A DNA stretch of 62,402 nt from a candidate division WOR-3 bacterium (GTDB lineage Bacteria; Hydrothermota; Tepidihabitantia; SM23-42; CAYGYG01): assembly GCA_965648915.1 (NCBI GenBank), contig CBFGIV010000009.1, forward strand, positions 1-62,402. The letters are read 5' to 3'. Made by a program: the position numbers and the translations under genes. Below are positions 37,787-48,266 of this stretch, piece after piece. Position 1 is the first letter of the stretch. Each line of letters begins with the position of its first letter. The notes under the pieces were generated by a model, which was not told where the DNA came from, did no database searches, and was given only the letters and a program-made list of their open reading frames with translations.

Positions 37787-40274
37787 TGTCCCCTTTATTT
37801 TTAGCTCGATATAATGCTTGATCAACCTTATCGATCAATCCGCCTGCCTCCTGGGCATCAATCGGGTAAGTTGCAATGCCGATGCAGGCGGTCAACTTCG
37901 TCCCATTGGAAAAAGCATGATTTTCGATTCGCGCCTGCAGGCGTTGGGCCAGACTGAAACCTTCAACCTTATCGGTTTCAGGTAAAAGGACAACAAATTC
38001 ATCCCCCCCATAGCGGGTAAGAATATCACTGGTTCTGATATTCTTGGCAATCAGCTCCGAAAATTCCTTCAGCACAAGATCCCCATAAAGGTGTCCATAG
38101 GTATCGTTATACTTCTTGAAATCGTCAATATCGAACATAAGGAGTGAGAAGCAGTGATGAAAACGCCTGGAACGTTCAATCTCTCCGTTCAGGCAATTTA
38201 TCAAATACCGATAATTGTAAGCACCGGTCATTTCATCGGTCACGGAAAGTGTTTCGACCTTTTCATAAAGCGAATAATTCTCGAGGGCAACTGCAATATG
38301 GGAACCAAGAATTGATAGAAGGACAAGATCATTATCATCGAGTGAATTTTTCCCTTCGCGTTCGACATTAAGAACTCCAATAATCTTACCTTTAACACTG
38401 AGCGGGACGGCAATTTCCGAGCAGGCTTCTGATTTATCCCCAACATAGTTTACTTCTTTCGTGGAATCAAGTACCAGACGTGGAATACCTTCCTTAGCGA
38501 CCAGACCACATATCCCATCCCGACCGACCTTTAATCTTAGCGAATCTGGACCTATACTGAACCTACCTTGATATGAATGGACATAGAGTTCGTTGGTTTT
38601 ATGATCGATCAGCAGGATGGCAACATTCTTATAATTAAGCTGATCGCGAATAGTTGAAAAGACCCTTTTAATCAGTTCATCAAATGATGATGTAATCGCG
38701 CCGATGTGCGCGGTCGACTGGTAAAGGACCTTCAGCGACGAAGCCAGACTCTCTACCCGCCTAAACATCTCGGCATTATCTATTGCCAGTCCGACAAAAT
38801 CGGCAAAGGTCTCAAGCAGGCGGATCTTCCTGATCGTCGGTATCTTGCGGTCGACCGGACGGTCCACCGATATTATACCTTTAAGTTTACCTTCTTTATT
38901 ATAGATGGGGACGATCAGAATATCGTTAGGATGCCAGACCCCGGCCGGGACATCAGAGAGATAGTCTTCACCGTAAGTATATTTTATAACATAATCCTCC
39001 AGCTGGGCGGTGCGCTGTTTATAGCGGATATAGAAAGAATGTGAGATCTTAAATTTATCGTTCATCAAAGTCTTTAAATCATTTAATGGAGGGTGAATTT
39101 TCTGAAACTCACGAAACTCATCGGAAGGGATACCGGCGGCTGCAACCCGATCGAAACACTCGGTCTCATAGTTTAAGAAGGAAAGGACCAAACGGTCGAA
39201 ACCCAACAGTTCTCTGGCTTTCTTAATGATCAGATTAACCAGATACTCCAATTCCATGGTCATCAACAGGGAACGAGCCAGATCCTGTAATGCCAGATTC
39301 TCATCCAAGGCGCGGTTCAAAACTTCGAAAGAATTAATCCGATCAAGCGCAACCGAGGCCTGATTGGCTAAAAAACGGAGGGTTGTAATATCTTCACTGC
39401 TGAAGTTATGGGGCATATTATCATAGAGAATAAATAGACCATTAGTCTCGCCTTTAACCATCACCGGCACAAAAAGAACCGACCTAATATCCTTCTGAGG
39501 TAAAATCTTCTTTATCTCCGGAAAATCGTCGATATCACTTATTGCCATACTTGTTCGTTTTAAGAAAAGTTGATTGTATAAACTTAAAGGGAGATCACGC
39601 AGGGCAAGTTCCTGGACTGGTGAAAATTTTAAAATTCCCTCTTCGGCTATAGCCAGAATTATTTTTTCGGTCATCAGGAGTTCTCGTGAGGCATTGATCA
39701 GAGCCGAAAGTATTCGCTCTTTATCCATCAAAGCCGCAATCCGCAGATTGAGATCGTTAATGATCTGAGTCTCTTTCATTCTCTGTTTGGATAGCGCTCG
39801 AATCTGAAAAGCCGATTGAATAATTTTAAGTGAATCATTGATCACTTTGCGATTTATATATCGGAGGGAAAAATATTTACGGGTGTAGGTTTTGATCAGA
39901 TAATCAATCTTACCAAACCTAAATCGATAATTATATAAACGGACAAATCGATTTTCGACCATATACTTCTTTTCGTCCGACCTGATCGCCCCACCCCCAC
40001 TCAAAAATTCCATTTCATCTGGCAGAAAATTGGGTTCACTACAACCGGTAAATCTAATAATCTTTACACCATCACGATCTTTTCCAAAAATCAACATTGC
40101 CTCACAACCACAACTCTGACGAATCAACTCCCCGATATCTTCAATTGTCGCATTCAAGAGATCAATCCCTAAAAATCTACCCATCACTTCGGCCCGGTAT
40201 TGACGGAGTACCAGTAAAATAATAATTGCCGCGATCAGCAAAACGATAATAACGATGCCGATAATTATTATCAT
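37770..40274 (-). CDS. Multi-GAF diguanylate cyclase with N-terminal TM
   Basis: Three GAF-like segments; DEMTG, DIDDFKKYND, RTSD I-site, RYGGDEF. Confidence 0.9.
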   Translation of the reverse strand: MIIIIGIVIIVLLIAAIIILLVLRQYRAEVMGRFLGIDLLNATIEDIGELIRQSCGCEAMLIFGKDRDGVKIIRFTGCSEPNFLPDEMEFLSGGGAIRSDEKKYMVENRFVRLYNYRFRFGKIDYLIKTYTRKYFSLRYINRKVINDSLKIIQSAFQIRALSKQRMKETQIINDLNLRIAALMDKERILSALINASRELLMTEKIILAIAEEGILKFSPVQELALRDLPLSLYNQLFLKRTSMAISDIDDFPEIKKILPQKDIRSVLFVPVMVKGETNGLFILYDNMPHNFSSEDITTLRFLANQASVALDRINSFEVLNRALDENLALQDLARSLLMTMELEYLVNLIIKKARELLGFDRLVLSFLNYETECFDRVAAAGIPSDEFREFQKIHPPLNDLKTLMNDKFKISHSFYIRYKQRTAQLEDYVIKYTYGEDYLSDVPAGVWHPNDILIVPIYNKEGKLKGIISVDRPVDRKIPTIRKIRLLETFADFVGLAIDNAEMFRRVESLASSLKVLYQSTAHIGAITSSFDELIKRVFSTIRDQLNYKNVAILLIDHKTNELYVHSYQGRFSIGPDSLRLKVGRDGICGLVAKEGIPRLVLDSTKEVNYVGDKSEACSEIAVPLSVKGKIIGVLNVEREGKNSLDDNDLVLLSILGSHIAVALENYSLYEKVETLSVTDEMTGAYNYRYLINCLNGEIERSRRFHHCFSLLMFDIDDFKKYNDTYGHLYGDLVLKEFSELIAKNIRTSDILTRYGGDEFVVLLPETDKVEGFSLAQRLQARIENHAFSNGTKLTACIGIATYPIDAQEAGGLIDKVDQALYRAKNKGDNAVSD

Positions 40275-41083
40275 AAAATCTGTTTCTGAAAAATTCGTGC
40301 CAGATGACCAATCTCATCATCCCGACCAAAATAGGCATGGCTCATAGTTAGCAATGGGATGACCTGGTCACTATCAGCGTCAACGCTGATCGTCCGCTCG
40401 TCGCCTAATCCACTTTGTCCCTGAAACATGATACAGGCCCCGGGCCATTCTCTTTTAACCCTTTCAATCGTTTGTAAATCCTGATCCTTGCAGTTAATAA
40501 AAAGCAAGGGCCGATTTCGCCCTATCCCCAGTTGTTTTCTGATTGCACTTTTCTGCTCTTTATTTACGGGAAAGAGTGATACTGCATTAGGGAAGGTCTT
40601 GCACCATAAAAAGAAAATCCGGGACAGGTCGGTAGTTTTATAAACTACATTGTAATAGGGAAAGAATTTATGATTATTAAGATTGAGTCGGTAGCGAGCC
40701 CTCGCCAGGTAGGCAAAGGCCCGGTTGGGCTTATCAGTCAGGTCGACCAGGATATCAAAGTCATTCTCAGCCAGCCGGGATTTAAGTCTCTTAAAAACCG
40801 CATTAGAAATTTTGAGCGACCCTGGATAAAAGATCTTCTGGATTCGTTCCGAATAGAGTGAGTTAAAGATAAATTTTTGATCCTCGGGGATGATTAGGGA
40901 AACGGCAACATTCTGATGTCCTTTAATCAATCCCGCCAGTCCGGGAAGAATGTCGATGGTGCGAATCAACGAGTCCGGCAGGATGAGGAGAAATTTTTTT
41001 GCTTTATAAAAACTCTTAAAATTTAAATTCTGATTAAAATGCCGCCGGGTAAATGTGCAGTAGAGCCATTGGTACAACCCCAC
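40271..41083 (-). CDS. Hypothetical protein, weakly GT9 (heptosyltransferase)-like
   Basis: FDILVDL, LARARYR and GHLA segments recall GT9; motifs are degenerate. Confidence 0.4.
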   Translation of the reverse strand: MGLYQWLYCTFTRRHFNQNLNFKSFYKAKKFLLILPDSLIRTIDILPGLAGLIKGHQNVAVSLIIPEDQKFIFNSLYSERIQKIFYPGSLKISNAVFKRLKSRLAENDFDILVDLTDKPNRAFAYLARARYRLNLNNHKFFPYYNVVYKTTDLSRIFFLWCKTFPNAVSLFPVNKEQKSAIRKQLGIGRNRPLLFINCKDQDLQTIERVKREWPGACIMFQGQSGLGDERTISVDADSDQVIPLLTMSHAYFGRDDEIGHLARIFQKQIL

Positions 41084-41091
41084 TATTCACC

Positions 41092-42315
41092 TCAGGCTTT
41101 CTTCTTTTTATGCAGCATCACATACTCAGGTTCCGCATGGTTCTTAATAACATCTTCGGTGATAATACACTCAACAACCCCGCTGCGCCCCGGCAGACGG
41201 AACATTATATCCAAGAGACTATTTTCAATAACCGCCCTGAGACCACGGGCACCGGTCTCCCGGGCCATTGCGATTTCGGCAATGCTGTTGAGGGCCTCAG
41301 GGGTAAAAGTCAACTTAACCCCTTCCATCTCAAAATACCGGCTATATTGCCGGATCAGGGCATTTCTCGGCTTTGTCAAGATATCAATATACGCTTCTTT
41401 GGTTAAAGAGTGGAGCCCGGCAATAATCGGCAACCGGCCCACAAATTCCGGGATCAATCCATATTTAATCAGATCGTCCGGTTCGATATGTTGGAGGTAT
41501 TCGTCTTTGTTATAATCTTTTTTACTTGCGGGATCAGCCAGAAATCCCATCCCCGACTGCTTGAGCCGCTTTTCGACAATCTTATCCAGACCACAGAAGG
41601 TCCCACCGCAGATAAAGAGAATATTTTTGGTATTAATCTGAATGTAATGCTGTTCCGGGTGTTTCCTGCCCCCCTGGGGTGGGACATTGGCGATGGTGCC
41701 TTCTAAGATCTTGAGCAAAGCCTGCTGAACACCTTCACCTGAGACATCTCTGGTTATTGATGGTGAATCGCTTTTCCTTGAAAGTTTATCAACTTCGTCA
41801 ATATAGACAATTCCCATCTCCGCCGCCGAGATATCATAGTTTGCCGCCTGAATCAGTCTGAGCAGAATATTCTCAACATCCTCACCTACATAACCGGCTT
41901 CCGTAAGGGGGGTGGCGTCGGAGATTGAGAAAGGGACCTTCAACAGTTTCGAGAGTGTTTCCGCGAGCAAGGTCTTACCTACCCCGGTCGGGCCGACGAG
42001 GAGAATATTGCTCCGTTCGAGTTCAATCTCATTCTGAGGATTAAAGATTCTCTTGTAATGGTTATAGACGGCGACCGAAAGGACTTTTTTGGCATGCTCC
42101 TGGCCAATTACATAATCGTCCAGAAATGATTTAATCTCAGCCGGTAATGGAAGTGCGAAATTCTTAAGCGGAGTTCGCGCCTTGTCCGTCTCCTGAATCA
42201 AATCGTTGCACAGTCTGATACATTCATCACAGATATTTGCCGAATTTCCGGTAACCAGTTTGCGCACGGATGAACGGGGGCGATCGCAGAAAGAACAGCG
42301 TGATTCACGCCTCAT
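41092..42315 (-). CDS. clpX: ATP-dependent Clp protease ATPase ClpX
   Basis: CSFC...CDEC Zn finger, [36 protein letters not shown]. Confidence 0.98.
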   Translation of the reverse strand: MRRESRCSFCDRPRSSVRKLVTGNSANICDECIRLCNDLIQETDKARTPLKNFALPLPAEIKSFLDDYVIGQEHAKKVLSVAVYNHYKRIFNPQNEIELERSNILLVGPTGVGKTLLAETLSKLLKVPFSISDATPLTEAGYVGEDVENILLRLIQAANYDISAAEMGIVYIDEVDKLSRKSDSPSITRDVSGEGVQQALLKILEGTIANVPPQGGRKHPEQHYIQINTKNILFICGGTFCGLDKIVEKRLKQSGMGFLADPASKKDYNKDEYLQHIEPDDLIKYGLIPEFVGRLPIIAGLHSLTKEAYIDILTKPRNALIRQYSRYFEMEGVKLTFTPEALNSIAEIAMARETGARGLRAVIENSLLDIMFRLPGRSGVVECIITEDVIKNHAEPEYVMLHKKKKA

Positions 42316-42917
42316 AACTTTTCACCCCTTTTTTCAATAACCTCATCGATGATACCGTATTCTTTGGCTTCAAGGGCGGCCATAAAATAGTTCCGGTCCG
42401 TATCCCGGGCAATCCGCTCTACCGTCTGACCGGTATGTTTGGCCAGGATCTCGTTCAAGACCTGACGGACCCTGAGTATTTCACGGGCATGAATCTCAAT
42501 ATCAGTCGCCTGCCCTTGAAACCCTCCTTCAGGTTGATGAATCATAATCCGGGAATGGGGTAGAGCAAATCTTCTCCCTTTTGCCCCTGCGGCTAGCAGG
42601 GCTGCGGCCATACTCGCCGCCATCCCGATGCAGATGGTCGAGATTGCCGATTTTACATACTGCATGGTGTCATAGATTGCCAGTCCCGAAGAGACAATCC
42701 CACCCGGTGAGTTGATATAGAGATAGATATCTTTATCCGGATCTTCGGCTTCAAGAAAGAGTAACTGGGCAATGACCAGATTGGCAACAACATCATCGAT
42801 TGGGGCACCGATAAAGATAATTCTTTCTTTAAGCAATCTTGAATAGATATCATAGGCGCGCTCCCCGCGGCCGGTCTGTTCAATAACATAGGGAATAGTT
42901 ATCACTTGGCCTCCCAT
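42312..42917 (-). CDS. clpP: Clp protease proteolytic subunit
   Basis: [31 protein letters not shown]. Confidence 0.98.
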   Translation of the reverse strand: MGGQVITIPYVIEQTGRGERAYDIYSRLLKERIIFIGAPIDDVVANLVIAQLLFLEAEDPDKDIYLYINSPGGIVSSGLAIYDTMQYVKSAISTICIGMAASMAAALLAAGAKGRRFALPHSRIMIHQPEGGFQGQATDIEIHAREILRVRQVLNEILAKHTGQTVERIARDTDRNYFMAALEAKEYGIIDEVIEKRGEKL

Positions 42918-44128
42918 GGACTCTTGATCAGTCCTTTTTCGATAACATTGGCTTTGTTTAAAATAAATTTTAAAGCCTTTTCTCGCTCAATAATCGCTGC
43001 AAACTGAGATCGCTTACCCACATCGTCCACTTTTTTCTTAAGTTTTTCAAAATCAGTCTGTAAAAGAGCTGCCTGGACCTTGATCAGCGATTCGATCTCC
43101 TCATCGGTTGCCTTAATCCCTTCTCGGTTTGCTATCCGATTAAGCACAAATTGCAATCTTACTCGATCCTCAGCCTGTTGTCGGAATCGATCCCAGTTAT
43201 CCTGACTGTCATTCAGACTGAGTCGCTGTAAAATCCTCTGGTATTCCTCACGCACTAAATTCTCCGGTACGGCAAATTTGTGATGATCGATCAGGTACTG
43301 AGAGATCTGATCAAGTAGGTATTCCTGAATCGACTCTTCTGCCTCCTGAAGTAAAGTCTCTCTCACCTTTTCTCTCAACTCACTGAGACTTGAGCATTTC
43401 AGTTCTCGGGCGAATTCATCACTCAAAAGCGGCCGTTGTTTTTCCTTAACCTCCCAAACCTTAACTTTATAACGAACCATTCGGTCTTCAAAAGTTATTA
43501 AAAATTCCTTGGTCTCATTCTTACTCATCCCGACCAGAGCCCGATTCAGGTCTTCATTGTTACGCCGATCACCGATCTCAATCATAATCTTTTCCCGGGC
43601 TTCAATCTGCTTATCACCTTCAAACAATTGATAATCGATAATCAAGACATCATCAACCCCTGCATTGCGATCGACCGGCACTAACTTGGCATACCTTTCC
43701 CTTAACTCTTCAAGCCTCTCATCCACCATCCGGTCATCAATCACTGGCTTCTCGCGCACCAGATCGATTCCGATATAATTCGCGAGTTGAAAATCAGGGA
43801 TTGTCTCGATCTCAAGGGTAAAATTTATCTTCCCTTCAGTCTTTATGTCCTTGACTGTTACCTCACTTACCGGCTGCCAGTTCTTTTCGGTCAGGAGATT
43901 CTGATAAGAATCATTTATCAACCTCTCCAGTGCAACATCCCGCAATTCTTCATAAAACTTTTGCTTTATCAATTCTCGGGGAATTTTACCCTTGCGGAAT
44001 CCGTCGATCGCGATTCGATCCTTAAAATCATCAATCGCCTTATCGACATAGTCCTCGAGCATCTCCAGACCGAGTTCAAATTCGACCTCTTTTTTGGTAT
44101 CTAATTCAGTCTTAATTGTAAAAGCCAA
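42902..44128 (-). CDS. tig: Trigger factor
   Basis: [10 protein letters not shown] ribosome-binding motif; tig-clpP-clpX order; AGGAGG SD with TTG start. Confidence 0.92.
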   Translation of the reverse strand: MAFTIKTELDTKKEVEFELGLEMLEDYVDKAIDDFKDRIAIDGFRKGKIPRELIKQKFYEELRDVALERLINDSYQNLLTEKNWQPVSEVTVKDIKTEGKINFTLEIETIPDFQLANYIGIDLVREKPVIDDRMVDERLEELRERYAKLVPVDRNAGVDDVLIIDYQLFEGDKQIEAREKIMIEIGDRRNNEDLNRALVGMSKNETKEFLITFEDRMVRYKVKVWEVKEKQRPLLSDEFARELKCSSLSELREKVRETLLQEAEESIQEYLLDQISQYLIDHHKFAVPENLVREEYQRILQRLSLNDSQDNWDRFRQQAEDRVRLQFVLNRIANREGIKATDEEIESLIKVQAALLQTDFEKLKKKVDDVGKRSQFAAIIEREKALKFILNKANVIEKGLIKSPWEAK

Positions 44129-44226
44129 AAGACCTCCTGTAAAAGGACTGGAATTTAAAAACCTAAATAACAGACTATCTGATCCGCAGGCTGAAGTACC
44201 TATCTGTTATTACCAGCCTTTACCAT

Positions 44227-44254
44227 AGTATATAAAAAATTATTTAAAAGTCAA
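44227..44254 (-). promoter_or_regulatory. tig operon promoter
   Basis: TTGACT-16-TATACT. Confidence 0.75.
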
Positions 44255-44289
44255 GAAAAAAACAAAATCCGCATCTTTTCAATTTTCTC

Positions 44290-44317
44290 TTGAATCTTCT
44301 TCACTTTTAATTATAAT
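44290..44317 (+). promoter_or_regulatory. tRNA-Leu promoter
   Basis: TTGAAT-16-TATAAT, 7 nt before the tRNA. Confidence 0.75.
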
Positions 44318-44324
44318 CTCTTGG

Positions 44325-44410
44325 GCCGAAGTGGCGGAACTGGGAGACGCGGCGGACTCAAAATCCGTAGTCCCGCAAGGGATGTGGGGGTTCGACTCCC
44401 CCCTTCGGCA
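44325..44410 (+). tRNA. tRNA-Leu (CAA); CCA not encoded
   Basis: GCCGAAG/CTTCGGC acceptor stem, CAA anticodon, long variable arm, GTTCGAC. Confidence 0.95.
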
Positions 44411-44419
44411 TCAGTAAGT

Positions 44420-45343
44420 TTAAAATAAATTTGAATTAAAATGCCGGGCAAAGTATGTTGCACCAATTACCCCGGCATCATCGCCGAATTTACCCGGTAC
44501 GATTCTTATCTTCCGTTCGTTAAAATTCATCACCCTCTTAACCAGGATTTTTTCAATCGCTTCCAACAGAACGGTTCCGGCCCGGGCAATACCGCCGCTG
44601 ATCACAATAACTTCAGGATCGAGCAGGTGTATTATATTGACAAGGCCAAATCCGACATAGGTGCCGATTCTATTAAAAACTTCCCGGGCAACCTGGTCAT
44701 GTCTTGCCTCCTGAGCGATTATTTTAGGCGTGAGAATTTTGTAACTTCTCAGCGTTGATCTTCTCGACCGAATCATCCTCTTTGCCATTTTAACTATATA
44801 CTCAGCCCCAACATATCTCTCCAGACAGCCCACATTACCACATTTGCACCGTGGACCATTAAAATTTATCGTCGTGTGGCCGAACTCACCTGCCATACTA
44901 CTGGCGCCGACCTGGAGTTTTCCTCCGCTGACAATGCCGCCCCCAACCCCTGTTCCCAGTGTAAAACAGAAAAGGTCATTTACCCCTTTTCCGGCACCGA
45001 ACTTCCACTCGCCGATGGTTATTGCATTAACATCATTGATAATTGATATATTAAATCCGGTCTCTTTCTCTAAGATTGCTTTAAGTTTTACATCATTCCA
45101 GCCATAAAGATTGGGTGAAAAATGGACGATCCCTTGTTCAGAGTCGATCAGGCCGGCAATACCGATACCGACTCTGGTCTTCTTCTTAAAAATCAAAACG
45201 GCTTTAACAATTTGACCGATTACAGTATCAAGACCTTCCCGAGCTCGGGTTGGAAAACGGAATCTTTTGATAACCCTGTTCCTATCAACCAGAGCTGTCT
45301 TTATATTTGTTCCCCCAACATCAATACCGATCAATTCGGCCAT
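44420..45343 (-). CDS. ROK family sugar kinase (glucokinase-like)
   Basis: GIDVGGT, NDVNA, LGTGVGGG, GEFGH, CKCGNVGCLE. Confidence 0.9.
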   Translation of the reverse strand: MAELIGIDVGGTNIKTALVDRNRVIKRFRFPTRAREGLDTVIGQIVKAVLIFKKKTRVGIGIAGLIDSEQGIVHFSPNLYGWNDVKLKAILEKETGFNISIINDVNAITIGEWKFGAGKGVNDLFCFTLGTGVGGGIVSGGKLQVGASSMAGEFGHTTINFNGPRCKCGNVGCLERYVGAEYIVKMAKRMIRSRRSTLRSYKILTPKIIAQEARHDQVAREVFNRIGTYVGFGLVNIIHLLDPEVIVISGGIARAGTVLLEAIEKILVKRVMNFNERKIRIVPGKFGDDAGVIGATYFARHFNSNLF

Positions 45344-46481
45344 ATAATTTTCTGATAAATTTTTCGGTCTTCTTGCTTAAAACCACCCCCCGTCGCTTCA
45401 TTACAGTTCGGGCCGTCTTAATAGCCTCATCAATCCTGTATTCGACCAATCTGCTCGATGTCCCCCATTTAAAAGATGGCACACAGGATGGTGCCATACC
45501 ACCCCCGTAGAAATTCACAAAGATTCCCATCACCCCACCGGTCGGGATAAGAGTGCCGATACCGGTCTTGGTATGATCACCGATAAAACAGCCAACTTTT
45601 ATGAGACCCGTATTCACTGCGCGTCTATTGACTATAACTCTTATTTCGCTATAATTATTTTTCAGGTCAGAATTTGTTGTGCCCGCACCAAGATTCACCC
45701 ACTCACCGATAAAACTGTGGCCGAGAAAACCTTCGTGATGTTTATTACTGTAGCCCTGAAATATAGTCGCTTCGATTTCACCACCAATCCGGCATTCCGG
45801 GCCAAAACTACAACCACCCCGCACCTTTGCCCCATCAACAATTGTCCTCTTACCGATATAACAGGGCCCTTCAATAAAAGAGAACGGTCTGATCTCTGCC
45901 TCTTCATCGATGATTACTGGCCCATTCCGGACATCGATCACTGAATAGTCATAAACGACCGCGCCTCTTTTAACGATAAGATTCTTCTCCGGACCCATAA
46001 TAGAAATACCTCTCCCCAATCGGCCTGAACTTTTTTTAGGCCTGAATGACTTAGAAATTGCAACCGGATTATACTCAACAAAATCCCAGAGAAATTTCAA
46101 TAATCTTCCTCTGAGCGAACGGTGCTTTCTGATCTTTTTAATGAACCTGGGAATTTCCTCAATCGCTTCAGGGAATGGGGGCTGGTTCTTTCTAAAACCA
46201 ACAACTTCACCACCTGAGATAAAAACCTCATCCGGACCCTTTAACCGGACTATTTCTTCAAGATAAAACTGGCCATCGAAGAATAAGATTGGCCCCCTTT
46301 CGTTTATAATCTTGCTTTGATCAAAAATAGGCCTGGTTAGAAATTTAATCTCTGAATTGCCTGAACATCTCTTAAAATTATCAATCAATCTCCCTGAACC
46401 GATTCTTAAATCGAATGTCGATCGAAGATAGACCAACGGTAATAAGTTCTTAAAAAACTGCCCTTCATAGATTACAATCAT
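45321..46481 (-). CDS. GlmU-related putative sugar nucleotidyltransferase/acetyltransferase
   Basis: LLPLVYLRSTFDLRIG, hexapeptide repeats, SNKHHEGFLGHS, LGAGTTNSDLKNNY; start reassigned to ATG 46481. Confidence 0.8.
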   Translation of the reverse strand: MIVIYEGQFFKNLLPLVYLRSTFDLRIGSGRLIDNFKRCSGNSEIKFLTRPIFDQSKIINERGPILFFDGQFYLEEIVRLKGPDEVFISGGEVVGFRKNQPPFPEAIEEIPRFIKKIRKHRSLRGRLLKFLWDFVEYNPVAISKSFRPKKSSGRLGRGISIMGPEKNLIVKRGAVVYDYSVIDVRNGPVIIDEEAEIRPFSFIEGPCYIGKRTIVDGAKVRGGCSFGPECRIGGEIEATIFQGYSNKHHEGFLGHSFIGEWVNLGAGTTNSDLKNNYSEIRVIVNRRAVNTGLIKVGCFIGDHTKTGIGTLIPTGGVMGIFVNFYGGGMAPSCVPSFKWGTSSRLVEYRIDEAIKTARTVMKRRGVVLSKKTEKFIRKLYGRIDRY

Positions 46482-46487
46482 CGATAA

Positions 46488-46516
46488 ATGATAATCAAAA
46501 AAAACCACTCTGTCAA
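46488..46516 (-). promoter_or_regulatory. sigma70-type promoter, probably leaderless
   Basis: TTGACA-17-TATCAT; ATG 6 nt downstream. Confidence 0.7.
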
Positions 46517-47298
46517 CAATAATACGCAAATGTGCCGGCGTAAAACGAAGATGTCTCCATTATTAAATATGGTCAATCTAAGATTTCAAATCAATTTAAA
46601 AAAAGAATAGAATCAGGATTATTCCAAAAAGATGTGGCTAAGTTTGTAGTAGTTACAACTGGTACTGTTACTTATTGGGGAAAAGGCAGGATTGAACCAT
46701 ACAAAAGAAGCAGGGGCAGTGAGTGCTCCAGTTCTGTTGCGAACATGAAATTATCTGTGTTTCGATGTTCTTAAATAACAAGACTTATACACGAACAACG
46801 TATCATTTCCGATACGACTTTGAATCCCCTGATATTTCAAAAGAAAAAATGTTATTTCATGAAAGATTTTTCCCTACTCTTTCCTAAATTCCGGTATTAT
46901 TATACAGGAAGATTGAGATGCTTGATGAAAATAAAAAAGTGTTCCATCCACAATGGGAATCGAAGAAACAATGGCTATGTTCGCTGACTTTGGACGGTAA
47001 TCACAAGCGAATATGATCGAGAAGGCAGGACGAATTTGCTTGTCTGTTTCAGTAGTTCGAAAATGCTTTCATCAGGGACAACTCGGTTCAGGTATTTTGA
47101 ATGCGATGAAGCTAACAATCTAATTCGCCTGCATTCTTGTGTCGATGATAGGCTTCAGACCAAAAAGAGTTTTGCTTACAATGAACACAGTTTCCCCCTT
47201 CGCGTTCTTCACACGAAATTCATTTACTTGAGGAAAGAAGTCAGGGGAACCGATTACTGCGAGGAGTTATATGTCTGTTGCTATTATTAGAAGGTAAT

Positions 47299-47934
47299 AT
47301 GGGTTTTTTGATTATCGTCGGTAAAGGTCCATCGAACTTTAGGTCGATGTTATCCAGCGTCTTACTCAGGAACGTGCTGGATTGTTTCCGTCTTAGAAGA
47401 TTCGGAATCATTTCGGCGTTCGATAACCGGAGTACAAAGCGGGAAAACTTTCAGAGGCAGTGGCAATTGGCTCAGATACTGAAGAGCCGTGGCTTTTCCT
47501 ATTATCCAATATTCGGAAACTGGAATTGGCTGCAGATGCATACCTTGTTCATCTTGGATGTAACCCGTGAACAGATTGAAATCGTTGCCAGGGAGGCCAA
47601 CCAAACCAGATACATATTTGGGGAGAAGAAAGTTTGGTTCGGCTATTCTACCGATAGAAATAATTCCGTCAGTCCGGCTGTAGGTCTGGTCTTCTGTGAG
47701 TTCGACCACGAGTTTGCACTCTACAGCCAGATTGCAAGGAAGAAAGAGCATTTCCTTGCTATGGCTAAGGGGATAGAGACGAATCACAGGATACTGGATG
47801 CACATTTACAGAAAACTCTCTCAGGAATAACGAATAAGCTCGCTGAGCTGGAAGCGAAGGAAAGAAAAATCTTTGGCGACACTGAAAAACCTGAGTTCTT
47901 AAAGTCTACAGACAGCCTAATTCAAACCATCTGA
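47299..47934 (+). CDS. Hypothetical protein, DUF3293-like segment plus C-terminal coiled coil
   Basis: FGIISAFDN...EN...L...L...GFSYYPIFGNW pattern recalled from DUF3293-like proteins; start uncertain. Confidence 0.45.
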   Translation: MGFLIIVGKGPSNFRSMLSSVLLRNVLDCFRLRRFGIISAFDNRSTKRENFQRQWQLAQILKSRGFSYYPIFGNWNWLQMHTLFILDVTREQIEIVAREANQTRYIFGEKKVWFGYSTDRNNSVSPAVGLVFCEFDHEFALYSQIARKKEHFLAMAKGIETNHRILDAHLQKTLSGITNKLAELEAKERKIFGDTEKPEFLKSTDSLIQTI

Positions 47935-48221
47935 TATAGGTATGAAAAATAATAGACCTGCAAGTATGATGGAGGTCCTGTCTGCCATAACACAGGCAGG
48001 TTTGTTACGAGTTAGAAAACCCCACAAATAACCCGATCATTCCTCCAGATTAAAAAAAGCTGATTAAATGTTTTAATTATAGAAACTATATTTGAAAAAA
48101 ACGTAATTGCCAATATAAAAGGGACAAGCCCGGTTCCTAAACATAAAATATGGGAAATACTAAAAATGTGATGCAGAAAAGGTGTTGGTCAGTACACGGA
48201 GGATTTTTAAGCAAATAATAA

Positions 48222-48245
48222 AAGAGCGGCCTAAAGGCCGCTCTT
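48222..48245 (-). terminator. Intrinsic terminator of the lipoprotein gene
   Basis: AAGAGCGGCC/GGCCGCTCTT perfect stem; T-rich tail on the minus strand. Confidence 0.85.
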
Positions 48246-48266
48246 AATATCAAAAAGATTAATCAC

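Noticed and set aside
46972..46986. TGGC...GC as a sigma54 promoter
   Set aside because: GG-to-GC spacing is 8 nt rather than the required 10
47036..47290. 84-aa ORF upstream of the orphan gene
   Set aside because: TTG start, no recognisable motif; cannot be supported
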